Of a stretch of DNA of 33,195 nt, positions 21,225-30,125 are shown in pieces. The stretch lies in the IMG/VR virus record IMGVR_UViG_2049941000_000426; one strand, given 5' to 3'. Each line of letters starts with the position of its first letter. The first letter of the stretch is position 1. The notes under the pieces are model-generated. The model ran no database searches, was not told the DNA's origin, and saw only the letters and a program-made list of their open reading frames with translations. Made by a program: the position numbers and the translations under genes. This stretch comes from an uncultured virus (IMG/VR IMGVR_UViG_2049941000_000426). Taxonomy: Duplodnaviria; Heunggongvirae; Uroviricota; Caudoviricetes.

Positions 21225-22240
21225 AGTTTCTTCCTTTTGAGGTATTCGGAGAGCTCGGCCGAGGGGTCCTGCGTGTCGAGCAGGGCCTGCGCAAGGTCGA
21301 ACTGCTCCCTTGTGAGATTTTCCGAAAGCCATCCGTTGACGACGGAGCCTATGTCGACCGACGTGTCCCGTGTCTCCTCGATGGCGCGTATCGTCTCGCC
21401 GGAACGGGCGTTGCAGACGAAGAGAAGCCTTTCCTTCCAGAGTTCCTGAAGGGCCTCCGCCTTGGCCGTGTCCTCGTTCCGGTAGTCCAGAAGGACGACC
21501 GGACGGTTCATGTCCTTGCAGGCGGCCAGCTCCTCCAGCCTGTCGTTGTCGATCCCGTCGTCGAGACTGACGGAAAGATAACGCCGTGTCCTGACTTCCC
21601 TCCACTCGACCTTCGAAGTCTCCGGGTCGACGACGAAGAAACCATGCCCCTTGTCTACCTCGTCGGCGCGATGGAGGGCAAGGCTTCCGGGGGAATGGAT
21701 CTTCCCGACGGAGGAATGGACATGGACATGGCCCGCCATGACCATCCCGACGTGTTCGGGAATGTCTTCGGCGGACACCTGCCATGTCTCCTCGAATCCA
21801 AGAAGATGACGGAATCCCGTGTGCATGACCAGCATGTCCACGGGGTCTATCGTCGCAAGATGCTCATGGAGCGTGTTCGTGCTTCTCGTGAAGGGGATGC
21901 CTGATATCTTGAATCCGTTTTTCAGCGTCACAGGGGAAAGTTGAAGCTGGACGGCCCCGAAGATGGAGGGTCTGGGCACTTCCTCCATGTCATGATTCCC
22001 CGGGATGAAATAGCAGGGTCTTTCACCGAGCAGGTCAAGCCCCATCCGGAAGGCGGTCTCGTCGAGGCCTGTCGGATAGGGCGTGTCGAATATGTCACCG
22101 GCGAGAACCAGAACGCCGTCAGGGTCGTCCGCCACCGTGTAGCAGAGCTGCGCCCAGGCGTTGTACTGGTCGCCGTTGATGTCCGGACGGCTTTTCCATG
22201 TCTGCCGTCGTAAATGCAAATCAGCTGCAACGTAGATCAT
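21221..22240 (-). CDS. sbcD: Mre11/SbcD nuclease
   Basis: ADLH, AGDIFD, PGNHD, MH, AGHVH, SPGS; its ATG overlaps the RT stop (ATGA). Confidence 0.88.
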   Translation of the reverse strand: MIYVAADLHLRRQTWKSRPDINGDQYNAWAQLCYTVADDPDGVLVLAGDIFDTPYPTGLDETAFRMGLDLLGERPCYFIPGNHDMEEVPRPSIFGAVQLQLSPVTLKNGFKISGIPFTRSTNTLHEHLATIDPVDMLVMHTGFRHLLGFEETWQVSAEDIPEHVGMVMAGHVHVHSSVGKIHSPGSLALHRADEVDKGHGFFVVDPETSKVEWREVRTRRYLSVSLDDGIDNDRLEELAACKDMNRPVVLLDYRNEDTAKAEALQELWKERLLFVCNARSGETIRAIEETRDTSVDIGSVVNGWLSENLTREQFDLAQALLDTQDPSAELSEYLKRKKL

Positions 22241-23742
22241 CTTCCGACCACCTCCAGAAAGTCCTTTTCGCACCGGGCGTCCCAGCCTTCCTTGTCGACG
22301 CCCCTCATCCATGCCCTGACTCCGCGAAGGCGCAGTTTGTCTTCGTCCGTCAGCTTTTTCTTCCCGCTGGCGGCGTTGTGAAGCTCCGCCCTGACCTTGT
22401 CGCGGTCCTGACGGGGTATTGACAGCTTGTCGGTTATCGACACGCCGGTGATCTTCTGGGAGTGGCCGTGTTTGAACACCCCGATCTTCCTGAAATTGAC
22501 GCTGATATCCGGATAGGTCATGATGCCCCCGACAACCGTGTTCCGCGCCATTGTGATATCGTCTTTGTCTGCGACGGAGCTGAGGGTCGTCGTGCTGTCG
22601 TCGGCGTAGATGGTCGACGTGAAATGACACTTCAGACGGCTTTTCAGCCGGCTCTGGAGAATNNNNNNNNNNGGTAGGTCATGATGCCCCCGACAACCGT
22701 GTTTCGCGCCATTGTGATATCGTCTTTGTCCGCGACGGAGCTGAGGGTCGTCGTGCTGTCGTCGGCGTATATAGTCGACGTGAAATGACACTTCAGACGG
22801 CTTTTCAGCCGGCTCTGGAGAATGTTGTTGAAGCTCTTCATGAAAACGTTCGCAAGAGCGGGTGAACACGGGGAGCCCTGCGGAAGACGTTCATCCAGAC
22901 AGCAGAGTCTTAGAAGGATGTGGTCCAGCATGATCTCGGCGGAAATGATTTCCGGAAGGAATTCCGTGTTCCCGCGCCCTATTTCGTGGACTCCTTTCTC
23001 CCGCAGTTCACTAAGACGCTNNNNNNNNNNCCCCGCGCCCTATTTCGTGGACTCCTTTCTCCCGCAGTTCACTAAGACGCTCCGCCGGAATGCTCCAGTC
23101 GGAGGACGTCTCAAGGATGTTCATCAGGATGCGCGGGAATTTCCTCGGCTTCTTGCTGACGAACAGGGAATAGCCGAGGTCGTTCAGCAGGAAGTTCATG
23201 ATGGAGCTACGCGTGACGGACATGAAGAAATCGCGGATGTCCACCTTGATGAGCGTCTTGTCCTTTCCGAACACGCCGTCCTCCACATGGGCCTGCGCAT
23301 TTGTCAGGACGCCCCTTGTCGGGACGAACCCGTGGACGCATTTCGGCGGGCGGCTCTTGGCGTACCACCATCGGTTGAGGATCACCTGCTGGAACCGCTT
23401 GAGCAGTTTCTCCGGCGCTTCGATTGTCCGGAACCCGCCGTCCTTCTTTTTCAGTTTGAACGTCGTGTAGTGGTTGTGCGCGTTCTCAGGGTTGTCAAGG
23501 ATGTCGTCCGCGATGGACAGAATCCCCTCGACATCGTCCGGGTCGTCGATTGTCAGCCGTACGAAATCCCTGAGAAGCTTTCTCGCGTCATCCTCCTTCA
23601 GCTTCATCTCCTTCATCGTGAGAACAAGATTTCTCGCATGGAAGTACCCGACCGGCTTGGAGGTCGGCGTCACACCGGCCATTCTTGCCGCTACCCAGTC
23701 AGCAGGAGTGGTGGGCGGGGTGATGATGTCAAACTTGTCCAT
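22237..23742 (-). CDS. Retron-type reverse transcriptase (two gaps with overlap duplicates; ~430 aa reconstructed)
   Basis: KKKDGGFRTIEAP, HGFV, region X NAQAH, DIRDFF, LPQGSPCSPALAN, YADD, region Y QKITG; no maturase, HNH or Cas1 domain visible. Confidence 0.9.
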
Positions 23743-24574
23743 TGACGACCTCCTTTTCCAGTTTCCTCCTGGACTTCATGTATTCCTCGATGGTCACTTC
23801 CTTCGGTTTGAAATAGACTTTCACAATCTCCTCCTTTGTCTGGCCGGGCCAGTAATCCTCAAGGAAGAAGTCCAGATCGTCCCCGTAGGTCGTTTTCAGT
23901 TCCTCCGTATGCCCCGACAGCTGGATGATCTTCTTTATCTTCTTGTCGACGTCAAGATCCTTCAGTTCGTCGTTCTCAAGAATCCGGATAACCGACATGA
24001 CCCTTTCCATCATTCGCCCGTATGTCTCTGTCTTCTTCGGAACGGCATGGAACGGGCTGAACCGCATGTTGAAAGGAGCTGTCAGCGAGATGATATACTT
24101 GTCGTCCAGCGTCAGCAGATCCGTGATTTCGTCCGGCATGACAGGCAGCGTGTCGTTGTTCGGGCTTCCTCCGTACGGAACGAGCCAGCCGCAATCATAA
24201 ACGAACTCCGGCCTGCTTTCAGCGATGCTCTTGTTGTACACGTAGAACGAAAGCCGATGGACCGGCGTCCTGTCGTCGATGAAACAGCAGCAATTCGGAC
24301 AGAGATAGCAGTGACGGTTGAACAGGCAGTGCATGCACTTGCTCGTCCCGACGTCGTCCCTTCTGCAATCCCTCGAGAATTCGTCAAGAATGAGATACAG
24401 CGTATCTTTCCGCTTCAGCCCATCCACCGGCTCCGGTTTGAGCATAAGAAACGCTTGCAGGCTGTCGTACCCCGCTGTCAGCAACAATCTCTTCGCGTAT
24501 AGGTACAGGTTCACCGGGATCTGCCCCCGCGGCGGATTCTCCGGAATCGTTATCTTCCTCTTCTTCGGTGTCAT
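23729..24574 (-). CDS. Cys-rich hypothetical protein upstream of the RT
   Basis: CMHCLFNRHCYLCPNCCC cluster; stop overlaps the RT start; start codon uncertain. Confidence 0.65.
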   Translation of the reverse strand: MTPKKRKITIPENPPRGQIPVNLYLYAKRLLLTAGYDSLQAFLMLKPEPVDGLKRKDTLYLILDEFSRDCRRDDVGTSKCMHCLFNRHCYLCPNCCCFIDDRTPVHRLSFYVYNKSIAESRPEFVYDCGWLVPYGGSPNNDTLPVMPDEITDLLTLDDKYIISLTAPFNMRFSPFHAVPKKTETYGRMMERVMSVIRILENDELKDLDVDKKIKKIIQLSGHTEELKTTYGDDLDFFLEDYWPGQTKEEIVKVYFKPKEVTIEEYMKSRRKLEKEVVNGQV

Positions 24575-25538
24575 CTTCGTTTACCTCTTCCGGGAAACCC
24601 GGATTGTCTTCCTGTGGTTGTTCTTCCTNNNNNNNNNNTTCTCCGGAATCGTTATCTTCCTCTTCTTCGGTGTCATCTTCTTCCTCTTCCGGGAAACCCG
24701 GATTGTCTTCCTGTGGTTGTTCTTCCTGTGGTTGTTCTTCTTCCGAAGTTTCCTCCGGTTCGTCTGAATCCGTCTTGATGTCTTTTTCGATATTGTGGTA
24801 GTGCATGGTTACCTCCATCATCTCGCCCTTCAGCTTGGACAGGACCTCTGGCCCGTTCGGTGTCAGAAGGGTGAAAAGGATGTTCATCATCATGCTCGCC
24901 GACATGAAGTTCTCCGCGAAGGTCTGATCGCCTTCGGGGGAGTTAGCAAGCTCCTCGCAGGAGATCGTCCCGCGGTCGCCCGTGCTGTCCGTCAGAATCT
25001 CGGGGTGGCCTTCCTCGATGGGACGGCCGACCTTCACGTAAAGGTAGTCAGGATCGAGCCACCGTCCGTACAGGTCGGCGGTCGCGTATGTCCCCGCGCA
25101 TCCTCCTTGAATGACGACCACCGGGGACGAATTGCTTTCCATCAGGGATCCGACCCATCTGGACATGACAAGCCTTGCGGGGTGGTTGTCCACACAGGCC
25201 ATGATGACCAGCGGAAAACCATTCCGCAGAGGCTGGAAAATGCTGGTCACGGTCTCGTTCGTCACCCACTCCTGCTCGGCGAGGAACTTTACTCCGGAGC
25301 GGTTGTACTTGGAGGACATATAGATGTCCCGCCACGCGACCGCCTTGTTCCGTCCAAGCATCCGTCCTGCGGCTTTCTGCCGCGGGATGTTCCGCTGGGA
25401 ATACGTGTCCCTGTCGACGAAAAGAAGGTTCTTTAGCCCCCAGTCGAAGATGGTCGACCGGGTGAATGCGAACATGTTGTCCGCGATGATCCCCCCGACT
25501 CCCCCGAGGCCGACAATCGCCATGTTGAATTCCCTCAT
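24384..25538 (-). CDS. E1/ThiF-family ubiquitin-like activating enzyme with acidic tail
   Basis: VGLGGVGG, VDRD...NIPRQ...NKA, CVDNHPAR, and SCEE candidate catalytic Cys. Confidence 0.88.
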   Translation of the reverse strand: MREFNMAIVGLGGVGGIIADNMFAFTRSTIFDWGLKNLLFVDRDTYSQRNIPRQKAAGRMLGRNKAVAWRDIYMSSKYNRSGVKFLAEQEWVTNETVTSIFQPLRNGFPLVIMACVDNHPARLVMSRWVGSLMESNSSPVVVIQGGCAGTYATADLYGRWLDPDYLYVKVGRPIEEGHPEILTDSTGDRGTISCEELANSPEGDQTFAENFMSASMMMNILFTLLTPNGPEVLSKLKGEMMEVTMHYHNIEKDIKTDSDEPEETSEEEQPQEEQPQEDNPGFPEEEEDDTEEEEDNDSGEXXXXEEQPQEDNPGFPEEVNEDDTEEEEDNDSGESAAGADPGEPVPIREEIVADSGVRQPASVSYAQTGAGGWAEAERYAVSHS

Positions 25539-25540
25539 GG

Positions 25541-26353
25541 TCACCCCTCCTGACGACCGAACATGGTATTGCCTTTTGCCTCGTTGGCCGTCGGCGGATA
25601 CCAAAGTTCATTGTCGTCCTTGCTTTCCTTCTTGTCCTTCTTCTTGTTCGACTTGGCCTTCTTCGTCTCCTCGAGACTGAACAGGTCCTCCGGGATGTCA
25701 AGGGTCTTCCGTTCCCCGAAATCCACGACATCCTCCAAGGGCACGTCGATGAACACGCCGGAGAACGCCAAGCGGCTTCTGACCGCCCTTCCCCTGTCGA
25801 GCCAGCCAGCGACCAGCTGGATTCCATACTCCGTCGTCTTCTGGAAATGGTCGTCTTTTCCGCTCCATTCGGGGGCCATGACGTGGTGGGAGTGGAAACA
25901 GCCGATCCGACGGGCGTCCTCCGGCGGGGTTTGATCGGTGAAGGCGAAGTTCTTCACCCACATGCCGCCCTGGTCGGTATCCCAGTCGGTGGACGCGCCG
26001 GAGACGATCTGCTTCGGGATCAGATACCAGAAGCCGGTCGAAGGGGAATACCACAAGTGGATCCCGATCTCGGTGTGCTTCTTCAGATAGACGTCCCACA
26101 TGACATTGCAAAGGAAGTCCAGGTCGTCGGAAGGGATTTTCGGCCCATTCCATCTCATGTCCGTATGGGCGTCCTTCACAGCGCCGGGAAGCTTGTCTAT
26201 CGGAAGGATGACGTTCATGTCCTCGTTTCCGGTGACACGGAAGAAACCGTTCTTCGCTATCACGAAGCAGTCCTCCTCCGGCCAAAAGTCCATTCTGTCG
26301 TTCAGGCACAGGGGAAGCCCCGTGCAGCTTTCCGCTTCTTTCAGTTCGATCAT
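25541..26353 (-). CDS. Prokaryotic JAB/JAMM metallopeptidase
   Basis: HTE upstream Glu and HSHHVMAPEWSGKD, matching HxHx7Sx2D. Confidence 0.82.
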   Translation of the reverse strand: MIELKEAESCTGLPLCLNDRMDFWPEEDCFVIAKNGFFRVTGNEDMNVILPIDKLPGAVKDAHTDMRWNGPKIPSDDLDFLCNVMWDVYLKKHTEIGIHLWYSPSTGFWYLIPKQIVSGASTDWDTDQGGMWVKNFAFTDQTPPEDARRIGCFHSHHVMAPEWSGKDDHFQKTTEYGIQLVAGWLDRGRAVRSRLAFSGVFIDVPLEDVVDFGERKTLDIPEDLFSLEETKKAKSNKKKDKKESKDDNELWYPPTANEAKGNTMFGRQEG

Positions 26354-26643
26354 ATCAATGAGTCCTCCAAATCTTCAATTTCCGTAAACTCGTCCAGAAG
26401 GGCGAGGCTCTTCCTGCGCTCCTCACCGTCTTCCATCAAGATCGCCACTTCAGTGTCGACGCTCGCCCTTGCGCGGCGATAGTCCGCCGTCATGTACTCC
26501 CCATAAAGCCACTGGTCGACGCTTGGCGGGATCTTCCTGGTCATGGCGTCCCTTGTCTCCTCCTCGGTCAGCAAATCCGTCTCCGGGGTGTTCATGATCA
26601 TTTCGATCAGCCAGCTTGTGTCCTTATCCTCGTGCGTCGTCAT
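26350..26643 (-). CDS. Small acidic hypothetical protein within the Ubl cassette
   Basis: MTTHEDKDT start with GGGAGG RBS; ATGA-coupled to JAB. Confidence 0.6.
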   Translation of the reverse strand: MTTHEDKDTSWLIEMIMNTPETDLLTEEETRDAMTRKIPPSVDQWLYGEYMTADYRRARASVDTEVAILMEDGEERRKSLALLDEFTEIEDLEDSLI

Positions 26644-27276
26644 ACTTGCCTCCCATCGCGTTCCCGATGAAATCGCCAAGGTTGTCATGCCGGGAGCGCT
26701 TCATCCCGAAATCCTGATTCAGCGCGATCCCGGGGTTGTCCTTCGAAAGGCTCTCCCATTTCCCCAGCGTATCGACAAGCAGTCCGCCCGTGTCGATCAT
26801 GGACGGCATGGCGGGCGACAGATCATCGTTCAGGAAACTGCTGAACAGCTTGAACATGAACTTCCGGCAGACCAGGGCCGGCTTGTCCGTCTTGTCCCCT
26901 TCCTGGATGATGTTCCCAGTGCACATGAGGCACGAGGTGCCCCACTGGTTCGGGAGCGGTGCGACATAGATGTCGTCGTCGAGGGTCTCGATGTTCTTGT
27001 AGGTGGCGCACAGGAAACAGCGCCGCCAGTCGTACGTCTTCTCGTCGACCTTGTAGAACTTGCAGAAGACCCATATCCACGGCATCGACACGTCGAACAG
27101 GAAGCCCTGCCCTCTTCCGGTATACTCCGGATCCTTCCGATAGTCCCGGCTGACGCCCTGTTTCCGCTGGGCGAAATGGATCGTGCGCATAGTCGGATTG
27201 CACTGCATCAGGAACCCGATTGCCTGGTCGTTCTCGGCGAACACACGGCACGCCCCGTCGCTCCCGGGGAGAACCG
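26624..27276 (-). CDS. Prokaryotic E2-like protein (5' end in gap)
   Basis: APLPNQWGTSCLMCTG resembles the APxxN...CxG active site of prokaryotic E2-like families; lies between Ubl and JAB. Confidence 0.65.
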
Positions 27277-27294
27277 NNNNNNNNNNACGCCTGA

Positions 27295-27528
27295 TTAGCG
27301 TCCGCCCCCGCCTTTCGGGAACGAAATGGTGATGAAATCGTTGTTGAGGATTTCCGAATCATTCGCCAGTTCGACGCCCGACCGATTGAACACGCCGTTT
27401 TCCGTCGGGATCTGATAGTCCCGGCAGGCGGCCTTAAGGTCTTCCACGGTGAACTTGCCCGTCAGGTCGTCCTTTCTCAGACAGACCGTCTGGGCGTTCA
27501 CCTTCACACGAATTGAATAACTAGCCAT
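27295..27528 (-). CDS. Ubiquitin-like (beta-grasp) protein, 77 aa
   Basis: Size, TVEDLK helix pattern and C-terminal KGGGGR; first gene of the E2/JAB/E1 cassette. Confidence 0.7.
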   Translation of the reverse strand: MASYSIRVKVNAQTVCLRKDDLTGKFTVEDLKAACRDYQIPTENGVFNRSGVELANDSEILNNDFITISFPKGGGGR

Positions 27529-29546
27529 TCTGTTTCTCCGTTCGTTTGATGAATTGCCGTTGCAGGGCGAGATCGATCGCCCTGTCCAGTTCCACGGGGA
27601 TGTACCCCCAGATCTCCGCGCTCATGTCCAGCCTCGCCGGCCCGTACACCCCGGGCAGGGAGGCCGGTACGGTGCCGTGGCAGTGCGCGTGCAGATGGAC
27701 GCTTCCCTCATTCCGCTCCGGCCAGCTCATGAAGGGATAGTGGCTCATCCACACCGCGACAGTGTCCCCCCCCCCCCCGCCCGCCNNNNNNNNNNAAATC
27801 CCTGAGAAGCTTCCGTGCGGTCTCCTCCTTCAGCTTCATCTCCTTCATCGTGAGAACAAGATTTCTCGCGTAGAAGTACCCGACCGGCTTGGAGGTCGGC
27901 GNNNNNNNNNNGACCCTTCCACACCGGAAAAAGAAAAAGGGCGGAACCCCGTGGACGCCCCTTTCAGTCCTTGCCGACCGCCGCGCACGCGACGTCCAGT
28001 TGAAGGAGCAAGGCGATGCAGATCCCTACCGCCGGGGTTGTTCCGCCAATCAGCATCGGCAGCGTCACAAGCCCCAGCGACATGAGTTCCAATACAATCA
28101 CCTTGTTCAGAAGCGCCTTCCGGTCGTGGCTATTTCGACCGGACCGGTCTCTTCTCCTTCTCGACATTCACTTTCCTCTGGATCTTCAACGAGTTCACGG
28201 TTCCACCGGAATATGCGGCTTCACCGGGTTTTCTGTTGAGCGTACCCACGCCCTTCGCCATCAAGTAATCGTCCACCCTGTTCATGTCTGTTCCCTTTTC
28301 CTTGTCATGCAATCGAACATTGATTTAACCGACTTTTCGGGAGATACCATATTTCGGGTGCGAACTGAAATCAAACGAAAGGTTGAGGGGGGAAAGATTC
28401 ACGGGGTTCCGTCCAAATTGAAAAGCCTTTTACGAAGTATCTCGTCGGGTGGAGAACACCGTTCGGAACCCGACGCGAAACTGACCCGGAGACCGGGGGA
28501 CGAGGCTNNNNNNNNNNTCCGCCGGCATGGCTGAAGACAAGCATCATTCCGTCGGCGAAAGGAAACCCTCCGCAATTCCACTGGAACCGGTTTTTGTTCT
28601 TATAAAGGCTGTCTTTCGAATTCGCAGATGAACCAAATCGAGCAAGCAATTTGGTTCATCAGGGAATTTGAAGGGACAGCCGAACAGATGCGGGCCGATA
28701 TTCCCGCAGCGACGGGATAGCCCGCCGCAGTCCAACAAACACTGTGTCTTGTTTCCCAATACCGGAAATTCCGAGAGGCCTCGGAATTTCGCACAAGAAT
28801 ACGGGACGTCCAAGCTGTCCCGCGGAAGGGAAGCCCTCCCACATCGGAAAAAGAAAAAAGAAAAAAGGGCGGAACCCCGTGGACGCCCCTTTCAGTCCTT
28901 GCCGACCGCCGNNNNNNNNNNNNNNNNNNNNNNNNNNNNNNNNNNNNNNNNNNNNNNNNNNNNNNNNNNNNNNNNNNNNNNNNNNNNNNNNNNNNNNNNN
29001 NNNNNNNNNNNNNNNNNNNNNNNNNNNNNNNNNNNNNNNNNNNNNNNNNNNNNNNNNNNNNNNNNNNNNNNNNNNNNNNNNNNNNNNNNNNNNNNNNNNN
29101 NNNNNNNNNNNNNNNNNNNNNNNNNNNNNNNNNNNNNNNNNNNNNNNNNNNNNNNNNNNNNNNNNNNNNNNNNNNNNNNNNNNNNNNNNNNNNNNNNNNN
29201 NNNNNNNNNNNNNNNNNNNNNNNNNNNNNNNNNNNNNNNNNNNNNNNNNNNNNNNNNNNNNNNNNNNNNNNNNNNNNNNNNNNNNNNNCTCGGCGAACCC
29301 CGAGTCCTTCGCCATGAAGGAGTCGTGGTTCCCGAGAATGAGCGTCTTTCTTCCAGGAAGCCGTTCGGCCCAGTACGACGGGCGTTTCAAGGCGAAGTCG
29401 CCAAGGATGTACACCTCGTCGTCTTGCGATACGGCCCTTTTCCAGTTTTCCTCCAACAGGAAATTCATCTCGTCCACCGATACGAATTTCCTGTACGGAA
29501 GGATGGTGTCGTCATCGAAATGACAACAACCAATCACGAATTTCAT
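27521..29546 (-). CDS. Calcineurin-like metallophosphoesterase, split by scaffolding (N-half 29289-29546; C-half 27521-27765)
   Basis: GCCHF, ILGDF and GNHD in the N-half; SHYP and HAHCH in the C-half. Confidence 0.75.
27928..27960 (-). terminator. Putative intrinsic terminator (second assembled copy ~28848-28888)
   Basis: Minus-strand GGGCG...CGCCC stem followed by TTTTTCTTTTT, immediately after the ORF stop at 27964. Confidence 0.5.
27964..28167 (-). CDS. Small hydrophobic (possibly 2-TM) protein
   Basis: Basic N-terminus, then VIVLELMSLGLVTLPMLIG and AVGICIALLLQLDVACAAV. Confidence 0.5.
   Translation of the reverse strand: MSRRRRDRSGRNSHDRKALLNKVIVLELMSLGLVTLPMLIGGTTPAVGICIALLLQLDVACAAVGKD
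28130..28285 (-). CDS. Small basic protein (51 aa)
   Basis: AAGGAAAAGGGA upstream of ATG; MNRVDDYLMAKG...; promoter upstream. Confidence 0.5.
   Translation of the reverse strand: MNRVDDYLMAKGVGTLNRKPGEAAYSGGTVNSLKIQRKVNVEKEKRPVRSK
28346..28374 (-). promoter_or_regulatory. Putative sigma70 promoter
   Basis: Minus strand TTGATT-17 nt-TATGGT. Confidence 0.5.
28557..28840 (-). ncRNA. Highly structured non-coding RNA; candidate retron msr-msd
   Basis: Terminal pairing of 28822-28840 with 28557-28573 encloses several hairpins (e.g. perfect 11-bp stem 28765-28790) and a 75-nt hairpin (28607-28681); no credible ORF. Confidence 0.55.
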
Positions 29547-30094
29547 GCTGTTTCCTTCTTCATAAGAAGTTTGACCGAGTCGAGCTCCAGACACGCCAGG
29601 TAGTTCGCACATGCGTCGGCGTAGTGTTCCGCCTTGCCCGTCGGTTTGCCGGTCTTCTTGGAGATGATGTACTGTCCAAGTTCGGGAAACCTTTTCAGCA
29701 TGGCGGAGATGACCTCCTCCTTCGTCGCGCTCTTCTTTCCGATGGCGGCCCGTTTGGCCTCGTACACCCGTGTGAACAGCCAGGTGGCTCGTTTCGACAA
29801 AGTGGCCATGGTGTACATGGTCCCCGCGATAAGGGCGAGCTGCTTGGTGGCCGAGGCGCTCTGTGCGGCGCCTAGCGACTGTTCCGCGCATACGATGTCC
29901 GGTTTCGACTCTTCGATGATGGCCGTGATCCCCTTTACCCAATCGGCGACATCCCGCTGGTCCTTCTCCGAGGCTGTCTCCCACTTGTCCCTGTCGGGTT
30001 TCGTGGAGAGAAACCAGGCGTTTACCAGTTTTCCGTCGTCCATGAGGACGCAGGCCGTGTTCCGTAGCGTCGCGTCAATAGCGAGTATCTTCAT
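29543..30094 (-). CDS. RuvC-like Holliday junction resolvase
   Basis: ILAIDAT, CAEQ, GKKSATKEEV, HYADA. Confidence 0.8.
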   Translation of the reverse strand: MKILAIDATLRNTACVLMDDGKLVNAWFLSTKPDRDKWETASEKDQRDVADWVKGITAIIEESKPDIVCAEQSLGAAQSASATKQLALIAGTMYTMATLSKRATWLFTRVYEAKRAAIGKKSATKEEVISAMLKRFPELGQYIISKKTGKPTGKAEHYADACANYLACLELDSVKLLMKKETA

Positions 30095-30125
30095 TGATTT
30101 TCCCTTGACTCTGGCNNNNNNNNNN

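Noticed and set aside
27796..27901. Near copy of the RT 5' region (~23564-23669) as a possible DGR template/variable repeat
   Set aside because: The differences (CAT>TAC, GATGACGCGAGA>GAGACCGCACGG) are not adenine-specific, the piece is bounded by N gaps, and the RT is retron-like. Best explained as an allelic contig.
28518..28860. CRISPR array or tRNA cluster
   Set aside because: The hairpins differ in sequence, there is no repeat-spacer periodicity, and no T-loop or cloverleaf was found.
27766..29288. Mobile element or intron inserted in the phosphoesterase gene
   Set aside because: The junctions are N gaps or a poly-C run, the internal contigs are out of order, and no transposase or intron core is visible. 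Mis-scaffolding is more likely.
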